Assembly: GCA_012026655.1 (NCBI GenBank)
Contig: JAAILG010001346.1
Span: 1 to 64,000 of the forward strand
Source: Hydrolagus affinis
Taxonomy: Eukaryota
DNA length: 64,000 bases
Reading direction: 5' to 3'
Shown here: one piece after another, positions 1 to 12,620 of the stretch
How positions within the stretch are numbered: the first letter of the stretch is position 1
Layout: every line of letters starts with the position of its first letter
Notes under the pieces: model-generated
Told to the model about the DNA's origin: nothing
Databases searched by the model: none
Seen by the model: the letters and a program-made list of their open reading frames with translations, nothing else
Program-made: the position numbers and the translations under genes

Positions 1-424
1 GAATAAATCTGTTTCTCCGAAGCATCAATTCATTGACAGCATGACATCTCACTAATTGATGGAATTTCTTAACTCTGAAAGTGACTGCCAACGTCTCACC
101 AAAGGAGAGAACATAACTGCACAAGAGCTGAATTGGGATCTCGCAGATATCTGCCAAATTCAATTATCTCCCAGGGATTTCCCTCCGCTACCAAACGCAA
201 TTGAAATTCCACTGGTTTTGAAAATGTAGTCTTCGGGGCATATTGGATTTCAGATAATAAAATAATGTGACATGAACCTCTGGCATTGAAACAGCTTTAT
301 TGTCTTCTTAAATACTCTTCAAAAGCATCAGTAGTGATTGTCAGCACTCGAGATGATGTAACCTGAAATTAATTGTTGTCATCTTTGTTATCCTTGTCCA
401 TTGTTGAAGTAAGTTTAGAGCAGT

Positions 425-535
425 TTTCGCCCACAAAATAGTCAGTCCGTTCACATCACAATGTGTTCTGTGAAGCACTTGGAGATGTCTTAAGGACGTG
501 ATAAGGTGCTATATCGAATGCAAGGATTATTTTTT
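425..535 (+). mobile_element. SINE 3' fragment
   Basis: ttcgcccacaaa...ctgtgaagcactt...gtgctatatcgaatgcaaggattat. Confidence 0.75.
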
Positions 536-579
536 TCTGCATTCTTCATGGAATATTTTTTTTGATCCCTATCTGCCAG

Positions 580-739
580 ATGCTGGACAAGATGCAAAAT
601 CGCTGGAGGTACACGGGATTGTGGAATAAACTAGAAGAGATCAAGGTGGTCATCACTGAGCCGCAAGGAGGCGACAAAAATGACTTTGATGGATTGCTAA
701 AGTCCTATTATAACGCTATAAAGGATAAAGGAGATAAAG
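580..739 (+). CDS. BRIP1: BRIP1/FANCJ internal exon (~human exon 15), helicase domain 2: MLDKMQNRWRYTGLWNKLEEIKVVITEPQGGDKNDFDGLLKSYYNAIKDKGDK
   Basis: Acceptor ctgccag|ATG and donor AAAG|gtacat; 160 bp. Peptide resembles human [54 protein letters not shown]. Confidence 0.96.
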
Positions 740-984
740 GTACATCAAAGAGACAATGTCACACGGGAATCTGTCCAAATATTTTGACTGGGTCCAAATA
801 GATTGGAGCAAACGAGGTTTAAACCTACGGTTTGGCTTCCCAATTCATACACGTCGATATTAAATCTTTGAATCTCGATGTGAGATTTAGATGAATACAT
901 TTAAGTTCAGCGCTGCTCAGTCTTGAAGGAGCATCTTGTTTTTCATATTTAGTTCATTTACCAATTAAGAGAGCATAATAATAT

Positions 985-1190
985 AAGGATGATAATCCTT
1001 ACATTTGATAAAGCGCTTTTCACGTCTCCAAAGCGCTTCATAGAATGTACTATAAAGTGAATTGGCTGCATATATGTGGATGAAAAGTGGCAGCCAGTTG
1101 TGCACAGCAGTGCCCCACAAACAGTCTTGGATTGAATTGACCAATTTACTTTTGTGGGATTATTACCAGCCGTGTGGAGTAAAAAATTGC
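985..1190 (-). mobile_element. SINE 3' half
   Basis: ataatccttacatttgat...cagcagtgccccacaaacagtc...gtggagtaa. Confidence 0.8.
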
Positions 1191-1729
1191 ATGCCTCCAC
1201 GCTGTTGGTTGGGAAGGGGAGACAAACTAATTGGTGAATATTTGCACCAACGGAGTCAAGGTTTCGTTTTAACTAACCTGCTGGCATTTAGCAATGTGGG
1301 AAATGTTTCTTTTCCCTCTTCAGTCTGATCACTGCTCCCTTCGGGATGTCAGAGGGCAAATATCATTCAGCGCTGGGATTACAATGCTTGTCAGCTAACT
1401 GAGCTACCAAGCCGCTAATGTGTTAATTGAGCGAAGCAGCACACGAGGAGACGAGGGGGTTTTGAGCAGGTCAGAGAGGTGGGGCGGTGCGAGGAAGTAA
1501 GTGGGTTTGTACATGAGCATGTGGTAAATACAGAACCATTTCACCGTCAAATTAATAAGGGATGAAAGGGACAGTGAGCACCCAAGCAAAAGTAATATTT
1601 TCAACCTGTGTGGTTGTGGAATTGGAAAGTTTTGTACTGAACCAAATTAGTTCAGATTTAACTGTATACAGTGATAGATTAAAATCACTGTACGTTTGCT
1701 GATCATTTAACATAAAGTCATATCACTTA

Positions 1730-1895
1730 TAATAATAATCCTTGCATTTGATACAGCGCCTTATCACATCTTCGAGACTCAAACACTTCACATAATATAC
1801 TGTAAAGTGAATTGACCGTATATTCTATGTTCGAAATGCAGCAGCCAATTGTGCACCTCAGTGTCCCACGAGCAGTCGTGCATTGAGTGACCCTT
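1730..1895 (-). mobile_element. SINE 3' half
   Basis: taataatccttgcatttgat...gcagccaattg...gtgtcccac. Confidence 0.8.
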
Positions 1896-1904
1896 TTTTT
1901 TTAA

Positions 1905-2117
<213 letters not shown>

Positions 2118-5100
2118 TAGCAACAGTGGTAAACTCTGCAAGATTATGTAAAAAATTTGACTTGACAGAAATGGGGGGGGGGGGGTGTGGGGTGAAATTC
2201 ATGCAGTCGCACGACTACTATTTTGTTTATTTTTTTTCTCCCCAACCCACAACTGAAGAATAGGTGGAAGCTAAAGAAGAAATCCTGTGTAATTTGGTGC
2301 AGTTTCCTCCCTACGTCTATCAGTCTCCGTCAGTCTAATACTTGCATCATTCAAATTGCGTTCTTCCACTCTAGTTGTTTCCCAATCTTCCTCTTCTTTT
2401 GTAATTGAGGAATTATTATGGTAATCTTCTATAAAAATTTGTAAAGCGTAATATATAGAATAATGTGAGAGGGAAGAGAGAGAGACCGCTGGGAGAGAGG
2501 GGGAGAGAGTGTGTGTATGTGGTGAGAGCAGATCGCTTGTGTCAGTAAATGGATGAATCAGTTTCACCTTACGAGTTGTGATGCCTTGTGCTACCTTTTT
2601 TTTTGTACATCTTGCCGGAAGCGTGAAGAATACATTTCATTGTAATTCCGATGCTGCCTGGTACAAGTCTGTTTTGCTCAATTCAATTCACACGCAAAAG
2701 AAATACTATTTTAATAAGGGCAGGACATTGCTAGTATGCTAAGAGTACTATGTGTGTAGTTGGGGGATAGGTTGGAATGGGCTGTGCTTATGTGCTACTC
2801 GCCCATATCGTAAGATATGACCTGTACACTGTACTGTGTATTAATGAGATTTTAAATGATGCATAAATTAGGTACTGGATCAGTGGACAAGATGGTTATT
2901 CATTTTGATGGTTTCGTTCTTTGTTTTGGTGGGAACAGAACTTAGCCGATTATCAGTAAGGCATGAAACGTGAAAACATTTCCCAAACATCAGTTCAAAC
3001 TTATTTTCCGCAAACTGTTTTTTGAGCTGTAAATAACAAGTCTGTGAAAATGGCAAGAGCAGTCTAGTTTTTGTTTATCATGTCCTCAGCAAGTAACAAT
3101 GACCTTTAAGTTTTTTTACTTTCGATCAAGCAGTGAACAGGGTTTGAAAACTGGAGCTGTCACTTTGGGGATTCTTAATGATGATTGACACTTATAGTTC
3201 ACCTTAGACAAAGTGGCATGAAGCATACAGCACTGCTGTACCTCCAGGGAAGCTGTTTGATTTTTTTCACTTCTGCTTGGCTGGCAGTCGATTGAATTTG
3301 CTGTTCATAAGAGAGTTTTGGTTGCATTAGATTTTAATCATGTCACTTGTTCAGAATCCCTGGAAGCGTTCAGGATTGAGAAGAGTAGATGAGACCAGGG
3401 TAATTCTTGCAACCACGGTTTCTTGAAGCATAAAGTTTTAGTGGGGTGGGGGTTATTGAACGCCACGTGCCGCGCCACTGTTCACCGTTAAGTGTCTTGA
3501 CACTTCCCTTAACACCGTTAACATCAGACTGTTCACAAGTAAAATAATCTGACCTGCACACAAATATACTAACCAACTCAATGCAAAGCTACTATTTACA
3601 CTTAATGACTCCTCCTCCCCCTCCACCCTCCCTGGTCCCTTTCCCCAGCTCGGGTCTGAAATACTGTCTGTCCAACGCCTTGCGATGTCGTTCCTCCCCC
3701 CGACATGTAAGGCATTTTACAAATGTAATTTTGTTGTTATTGATCAATAAGATTTTTACTTTTTCAATTCAGTGTTTTGGTGAAGTTTGTAACAAAATAC
3801 AGTAAGAGGTATCCAAGTTGGGAACTGCACCATACTAAGAACACTCGAATTAAGCACAGTATAACCTGATGCAAACTGATGCTCCCGTTCTCTTTGTTAA
3901 TTGTTAAGGTGAATTCTGGTGTGTTACGCATATAGCTTTGACTATATCGAACACTCATGGGATTTCGCATTATAATTGTGTATCACCAAAGACATTGCGT
4001 AATTAATACTCACCAGAATTTTTCTGCCTGCACTTTAACCTTGAGTTCAGGATGTTCAACTCAAACCCTATAGTTTTCACTTTCATGACTTCCTCCATCC
4101 TCTCCGTCCCTCCTCCCCTTCCCCCTCTGCTTCTCCGACCTTGCATGGTTTTCCTCTCATTTCTTTGCGCCCTCTCCAATGTGATATGGAAATGAATTCA
4201 ACGTTGGTGACAGCTACAGTATGGCATGCTCGCCACCTCTATGTGTTACATTTCTGCCCAACGTGTGATAGTGAAACTATGGGATACGTTAGTGTATGGC
4301 TGACATTTGTTTGCTATACTGTCATATTGGTTACCTAAGGCAGAGAGAGACGGCTCCTTATATTAGATCTTACTGAAATTTCCCTCTTCAAACCCAACCA
4401 GCCCTTTGCAAAAGACTTAAAGAGTCCTTCCATACTTTGCAAACCTTTCCATCACTGTCGCCAAACAGACCTGTAAATATAATTTTCTTTGACAGACTGC
4501 AGCATGTGTCAGGATTAAATTTGGGGAAAGCGGAATTTTTGTGACATAGATTGTCTTGTTCATCATCGTCTGACGTTGGCCTTCAGCTGACAGAGTTCAG
4601 GAGCATTTTGCGACAATTCTGCGGGAGCTCGGAGAGTATTGGCTTGTGTTTGATCCAGTGCTGTCAGGTTTCAACATATTCGCACTTTCGGTGTCATATC
4701 GCGCTCTAATGTTGATGATATTATGCCATCGTTATCCCATCTCACGTTGTGTTTAAGATGTGATTTGTGTTTTGTCTGATGCATAAGTGTAATTGTTCTA
4801 CAGGGCATTAGCTAAGCAGCAGATTTGCAGTGTACTGTCTTGATCATCACATCCTACATGGGTCACAGTAAAGGTCTAAAACAACCCACCTGTATTTACT
4901 TGACAAACACAGTTTCAGTTGGTTGCGCAATAAAGATTTTGCTGCTGCTGCTTTCTTCATGGTTCAATACTATATTCATTTCATTTCTCTCTCGGTTGCA
5001 GGATTCAGTAGATCTAAGCTCTTTAGACCACTGATAGAAAAAAATATATACGGCTGACTGTTTCTTAACCTTTCCATCAGAGCTTAATTATTGTTAATCG

Positions 5101-8100
5101 CTAGAGAGTTTACGTAAACAAATCTATGGTTCTTAAGTATAAATCTATATATCATAAGTATAAACTATTCGATAAAGCATGTCAATACGACGACAATTTG
5201 CATTATATCGTTCACTTCACGTGGGGCAGTGGCTCGGAGCACTTAGCTTAACAGTGGCGGAGTTTAACACTGAGCCGGGAGGGGTGGGGGGAGGGAGTAG
5301 GTGACCGGAAGCACAAACAAAGAGGAAGGTCTTCAATACTGATTTGAAGGAGGGGCGCAAGGCGGAGGGATTCAGAAGAGAGAGTTCCAAAGCTTTAGGG
5401 CATAGTGGCTGAGGGATGCTTTGCCTCTGTTTTTCCTTCCTCCCTCCCTCCCTCTCTCTCGATCATCATCATCAATAGCAAGCCCACCTGCTGACTCGAC
5501 ACCCACCCCCCCTCCCCTCAAAAAAAAATCCACCCTCGATGCATTGAACTAGTGACCCAAAATAAGAATAAAAAGTTTTCCTGGAGGACCAGGAAAACTG
5601 GTGGGGGGAGGTAAACTTTGAGAAAGCCAGAGCGATTAATGTGTGTATCCGTTATAGCCTGACTGCATATCTAGTGCAGTATCAGGATATATATGCCTGC
5701 CTACTGGAGAGTATCATATTCTGACCTGACAGACTTGTACTCAGTATAGTTATAGGGAACTTCAGTGTCTGTTGCGATGCTTGTTGAATTATGGAGAAAT
5801 TGGTTTCCGCTGTGAGGCAACAGCTGACATCTACTCCACTGTTAGACAGACAACCATTTCTTTCTGGCAGGGAAGGGGGGAACATAATTTGGAACGCTAA
5901 ACTTTGGGAGAGCGAATGTGGCGCAAAACTCGGCATGTTGACAGTGGCATCGGGTTTATTTGAGGTAGCGGTTAGCTTTGTCCTTCAGACGCTGGGCTGA
6001 AAATTGTCCTGTGAAAGGATCCACAGTGGCCGGTTCATGGTACCCCTTGGTGAAAAGAGCAGAGAGGGCGATATGGCAGGGCGCGGGGGAGAGAAAGAAA
6101 AGAGAGAGAGAGGCAAAGACCCTCCGCCTCGTCCCCTCCCTTGCTCTGCTCCCAGACCTCAGTGCCTCCTCTGCACTCTGTCTCTCCTTATCCCTCTCCA
6201 TCTCTTTACCTCTCACTATCTCATTAATCTCCTCTCTTTGCCTCCTCCTAACCTCCTACCCTCTATCTCATATCTCCGTGCTGCCCCCGCCCCACCCCTC
6301 CATGCAATAAAACTGCATCATATTGCTGTGTTCATGGCGACTAAATCAGAAACTTTGGCTCCTGGCAATTACAGCTACCATGGTTAATTATGGCTACTAG
6401 TCAGAACAATTAATTTCACCTCCTGAACTGTCAGGTTTAGCATCACATATCAGTAGACTTGAGGATAATTGCTTATAGTAGTAATTCTATTTGAGGTCAG
6501 TGAACATTATACTGACATACACATACAACCGGAGCTCAAATTTAATTCTAATAGACTAGAAATAAGAAAAAAATTTGGTTTTGCTCGTGTACTCGAACCA
6601 CTTACGACAATTTATTTGCAAGATTTGTACCTATTTTTTGAGCATATGACTTACTATTTGAGTCATTGAAACTAGGTATGTTATACACATTTTGACATGT
6701 AAACATATTTAATAGGAGCATAGAATAACAGGATCAGAAGGTCATTCGGTCCATCAAGCCCGTTAATTAGATCTTGGTAGATCTTTTAATCCTATTCCCA
6801 TGGGAAGGAAGACTGGTCTCATTAGCTCAACTATCGCTAAACAACAGTTCAGTCCTATCTCTTCGATCTTTAACCTATGCTCGTTCTCGCCTTTAAATCT
6901 CTACATAATCATGCCCTATCCTGCCCCTTTCACGTTGGGAGGAGTCCTATCGGAGGCCTGTGGAATCACCCTTTCCCTCACCTCCTTAAAGGTCCATCTT
7001 AAGACCTTGGTCTTTGACTGGGCCTCACTCATCTTTCTCCCCCACGTGAAGTTTGAGTAGACTCTGGACTGTCCAGAGTCTTGGGATGTCCTCCTGACGT
7101 GAAAGGCTCAGCATCAATATAAATTCGTTTTGGTCCACGATGTGGTATATATCAGTCTGTCAATGTTGGTCCTTCACATTCTTTTCTCTCTTTCGAAGAA
7201 AATGCAGTATGGATCAGAATTTAGCTGGTTATTGTAGGTAACTGTTTCCTGAATAGTCAGTACAGTATTTGATGCTGCCATCAATCAATGCCAGCAGCTT
7301 TCTTGCTGTTAGGTTATTGATTTGAACCAGCCTGTATGTAAGGCCTAGGAATCTCGGCCGCCATCATGTGCCAAGTTTATTGTAAATGAACACTGTACTG
7401 TATATCATTTTTAAAAGATTTGAAATTTTCTAATGCGTTAAACAAGCTGTTGTGCAGTATTCTAGCCATTGAATATCTCCAGCCACTCGCCAAATTACAA
7501 CTCAGCCCGATCTTTTGCCTGTTTGATTTTAATCTTACATTCCTGATTGATTGGCTTTTTGTTAATAAAACAAAGTATTCTTGTTAATAAATTTCCCTGG
7601 GGCAACTTTTAATGTGCAGCTTTGTGTTGTGTTTTTTTCTGTGGTTGCTTTGTTCAATTGTAAATTCTCAAGTCTAACATAATTAGTTTACCTGTAATCA
7701 ATGATATGTGTAGAGTTTGATGCCAAATTGTATAGTTTATTGTAAGTGCATGAAAACAAGTAAGTTCTGGTCTTATTGGGCGTTAAAAAGTTTTTTTTTA
7801 AATTTACCTGCATTTTTTCATTTACGTCTGGTTTGCTGTCATGCTTTGAGCCACCTTGAAGGCGTGATAAGTCACTATGTGAAACCCAAGGATTATTATT
7901 ATTATATTATTATATGTTATTAATCTGTGGATGTTTCTGAAATTATACAGTTTTGATGCACAATTGCTTACTTTAAATTTTTCGTGCAGAATGATCTGCT
8001 TAGGAAATATCTTCATATTTATTCCAATCAACGTTCCACATATCTACATAGCTGCATGCTGTGAACGAGCTGAAAAGAATGCAAATCCTCAACTTGCAAT

Positions 8101-8399
8101 GCTTATATAACTCAGTTGTGTGAATTCCAGATTACATTCTACAGATTGAACGGGTAAAATTTCTTCTGCACAATTAATTTTATGTGCGTAAAAAGATGCT
8201 ATCTCAAATGCAAATGTTATTAATATTAATAATAATATTATACAATGCCATTTTTCTATTTGTAACATAAAAAATTTCAGAAACTTTTTTTTCCCAAAAG
8301 ATTCAGGCATCTTACAGTTTAACAAATTAAGATAATTCTGATGAGGATTTTCAATAGAGTTTTACTGCAGTGGTTCAAATCGATTTCCTGAATGATGTC

Positions 8400-8580
8400 T
8401 CGGCAGGCAGGCTCCGGCATAAGCCACTTTGTGACTTACACCCAATTTATACTTTTTCCCTTGTCAATTCAGCGCCATGAACACAATTGGCTCTGGAAAA
8501 CAAAATTAAACTTGATTTATGGCGATAATTAATTCTTTGCCAGCCTTGTATGTGAAACTAACATGGATCTTTCAGGAGTC
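8400..8580. promoter_or_regulatory. Candidate intronic enhancer with Pbx-Hox and Meis sites
   Basis: TGATTTATGG 8513-8522, TGTCA 8462-8466, TAATTAAT nearby. Confidence 0.4.
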
Positions 8581-9419
8581 CATACAGAGTGACACAATGA
8601 ACTGTGGATTTGCTTGATTTACATAGAATACGTTCTGTTCTTCAGTTCTGAACGTGATGAATAATTGACTTGTTTATGGGGCTGAACGACTCCCGTGTAT
8701 CGCTTCAAGATTCCCACACTTTTGTTCCACATTTGATTACCTGCGTGGGAAAGGGTTTAGTAAACATAGTGTTAATAACTTCTGCATTTTTTTGTTTTGA
8801 AAAGTGCAAAAAAAAAGCAAGACACGAACCTGTGTGTACTGTAAGGCTTAAAGTACTGTCTGCACAACCTCCCAGATAGATCAAAAACTTATTGCTCTTG
8901 ACAGCGACAAGAAGGGAGAGTTAGCCGTAGGCCTCTGACGGATCATCCGCAGAGCTGCTGTGTCTGTAAAGGATGGCTGGTGGCTAATTGTCTATTTTGA
9001 GGATGAGCAGGTAAGGAAAGGCCTCTCTGCTGACATTTGGTTAATTCCTGGTTGCCTGTGGTTTATTGCACATCCTGGATATTTGCTAGCAGGAAGGTTT
9101 GGCTTTTTCACATATGTAACATGTCATATGTAATCAAACAAAAAAGCGCTGTTTGAAATTGTAGCATTATCGGTTGAAATGGATTCTGATTGCATAGATG
9201 TGACATGCTGCCTATGGGTGCTGTCCTTTATCTCCACTGGCTTTGATGCTCGTGGTTAACTCTTTGAATGCCAGTGTTCAGTACAGCCCGCAGAGGGCTC
9301 CCGAGACTTGAATTTCAAGATCGACTTGAATTGATTTAGTTTTTCCAACGTTAACTCTCTTCTACCTTACTGATCAATATTTCCTACCTTCAGGATTGTT
9401 CAGTTTCACCCTCCCGCCC

Positions 9420-10200
9420 CCCCCTTACAAATTCAACTCTCCGAACCTGTCCGCAACCTAGGCGTCAGATTCGACCCCCAACTGTCCTTCCTCTCCACAT
9501 CCGGTCCATTACCAGCACTGCCTTCTACCACTTCCGACGGATCGCCTGTCTCCAGCAATACCTCACCTCAAAAGCCGCTGAAACCTTGGTCCGTGCCTTT
9601 GTCACCTCTTGGCTGGACTATTGCAACGCCCTCCTCTCCGGTCTCCCCTCCACCACAGGTCTCCCCTCCACCACAATCCACAAAATCCAGCTAATCCAAA
9701 ACTCTGCCGCCTGCATACTCACCCGCTCTAAGCTTCGCTCCCCCATTACCCCAGTCCTTGCCAGACTTCACTGGCTCCCTATCCCAGAGAGGATCGACTT
9801 CAAGATCCTCACCCTTGTTTTCAAATCCCTCCACTCCTCTGCACCCTCCTACCTTTCTGATCTCCTCTCCCCCCAACCCAGCACCCATTGCCTTCGCTCC
9901 TCTGGGTCTGGCCTCCTCCATGTCCCCCCGAATCCTCCGCTCCACCCTCGGCACCCATGCCTTCAGCCACTACGCCCCGAGGCTCTGGAACTCCCTTCCT
10001 CACTCCTTTCGCCTCGCTCCCCTCTCTTCCCAGTTTCAGGTCACAGCTGAAGACCTTTCTCTTCGACCGCGCTTTTGGTCACCTTTCTGTCCCTGGTCAC
10101 CTTTCTGCCCAGCTTGGTACCCGGATTCCGCTATTGTAAAGCACTCTGAGACGCCGTCCGGCATGGAGGGCGCTATATAAATCAAAGTTGTTGTAGTTGC
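9420..10200 (+). mobile_element. LINE-2 3' fragment (ORF2 C-terminus and tail), frameshifted
   Basis: Peptides LVRAFVTSWLDYCNALLSGLP, IQNSAA, HWLPIPERIDFKIL, APSYLSDLL, APRLWNSLP; tail gcgctatataaatcaaagttgttg. Confidence 0.92.
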
Positions 10201-12254
10201 ACTAACATGGTGCAATTAATAATATTCCTTGGATTTGATGTAACGCCTTATCACATCTTCGAGGTGTCTCAAAGCACGTCACTGAATACACTGTAAAATG
10301 ACTATATTTTGGGGGCGTAACTTAACATTAACTTTGGCAGTATCTGCTTGAACCATCTAATCCCAGTGGAAGGTGGTGTGACGGCAGAGAAATAAAACCT
10401 TTAAGATTTAACATTAAGAAGCCTGGTAATGAAAACAGTCTTTTAAAGTTTAGTCTAATATCCCAAAAGAAGATTTTTTTTAAAAAAACATTTGTTTTAA
10501 TAATTCTAATAATATTGAATAGGTTATTTGTTTTAGTGTCTACCAAATGTTAGTTCTAAAAGTAGATTTGTGGGATATAATAGAAAAACACTGATTCATC
10601 ATGTCCAGTGCTAATTATTCTAGGACTCTCCAAATCCTCTCCACACAGACTGCAGACCATTTAGAAGCTTAATACCTGTTTCCCCAAATCCAGCCTCCAG
10701 TTCATATGCACGTTGTCAGCACTTTGAGATGTCCTCGCGCTGTGAGAGGGGCTTCTAAATGTAAATTGCGATAGATTCAAACTAAATATTTATTGCTTTT
10801 CTGAAAACCCCTGTGAATCTTTGTTGGGTCCCTTGAGTAGCCGGTTGAAGGTGTTATTTAGATATAGCAAGAATTGATGGTGAACATTTCATTAAGTTAA
10901 AGAATAGGGCAAATATCCATGAAGTTCTCTCCAGGTAATGGAGTTTTGGCTCGATGCATGTAAAATTAAGTGCCACTTAACTGTGTACAATATGTGCTTT
11001 TCATTTATTTTTAAAAATTACATTCCTGAATTAAGGAGCAGGTAAGGTAATAAAGTGAATAATTTCTGAGGTACTGGACTCCTGCTGTTTGTGTCTAAAG
11101 GCAAGAATGAAACCGTGGGTTGCCCACAAAATATACAGTGAATTCACTTTACAGTATACTCTGTGAAGCGCTTTGGACGTTAAAGTAAAGTTGCATTGAA
11201 GACGGAGCTAGAACTTCCACATGACGGAGTGGGGAATAGACGGTGCAGGAGTGCGTAAGGAGTATAAACAATGACGCAGACTGCTTCTGTGCTGTACAGT
11301 CTGCATAAGTCTCAATCTGTCACTTACAAGCCCATTTTGAAAGCCTCTTGGTCTCCCTGCATCTTTTTTGCAGTCTTGTTTTTCGCTACACACCCCCCCA
11401 TTGTTGGTGTTATCTGTGAATTTCGATATTCAACCTCTTGTATCTTGATCTAAATCATTTGTGTACATTATGAACTGTAGCTTTCCTTTATATGGATCAC
11501 TGTGGCACACCACTTCCTACTTCTTGCTAGTCCTTTTTTTCCTACTCTTGTTTTGTATTTTCCAGCCATTAGTCCATTCATATTGTAGGCTATAAATATA
11601 TATTTTTAGCTGAGACTCTCCAACATGTTATGCTTATGTGACCTGTAGAGCATTATGATCAAATTTGTAAATAATAGTCAAAAGGCAATTATTTTTTGAC
11701 TAGCAGCATTTTACGTCAAAAGAATATTCACTCACAGTTTTAAAAGGTTGATGTGAACAATGAATCATCTTTTTCAGTTTGTTTTTTAGGGCAGATTATC
11801 TTGTTTGTCAGCTTTTTCAATTTTTATAATTGTTAATCTGTTAAATTCATAGATACTTTGTCGCTTTCAAAGTGGATGTGGTCTTGAACATCGACAAAAA
11901 TGCCCTTTCTGGATTTCTGGAGTGAAATATTTAGGTATAGAATGATTGAATAATAATATCTAACAATAATCGTTGCATTTGATATAGTGCTTTCATGTCT
12001 TTTTGTAGACGTCTCAACGCACTTCACGGAATATGTTTTAAGGTGAATTGACTGTATAACGTGAAGCATTTATTCTTTTACAGAAAAGTATGTTTTCAAT
12101 AAACTAAAATAAATTGATCCGTTTATGAATGAGTATCACATGTATAAATCTCTGATTATTACACCACAATAAAAGACAGCAAATTATTTTTCAATAAAAC
12201 ACTCTTCTCACATGAAAAGCCCACGCATTTTGTAACCACCATATATTTTAGCCT

Positions 12255-12620
12255 GGATCAGTTGGTGGCATTTTCACCTCTTAGTCAGAAGCTTATGGAT
12301 TCAAGCCTTATCCACATTGGGACTTGAAACTGATATTGTCCAAACTGACACTCGAATGCAGTGTTATGGCAGTGCTGCATTGTTGGAAGGATCAAATGAG
12401 ATGTTAAACTGAGTCTCTGGCTTCAGGTGAATGACAAAGTTCCCATAGCACTATTCAAAAAGAGGAGATGTCACTCAGTGTTCTGACCGATAAATCCTCC
12501 AGATAAAAATTGGTTATTCAATCAAAGGCTGTTTGTGAGATGTTGCCGTGTGCAAAGTTCATCCAAGAAAGACATAATGATACACTTCAGAATGAATCTC
12601 CTGAAGCGCTTCGAGGTATT
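12255..12620 (+). mobile_element. Older DeuSINE-like element (SacSINE1/AmnSINE-type)
   Basis: tcagttggtggca...agtcagaag head; gcagtgctgcattgttggaag; gagatgttaaac; cccatagcactattc; gctgtttgtgagatgttgccgtgtgcaaa. Confidence 0.6.

Noticed and set aside
9586-10180. ORFs as host genes
   Set aside because: Frameshifted LINE-2 ORF2 remnant.
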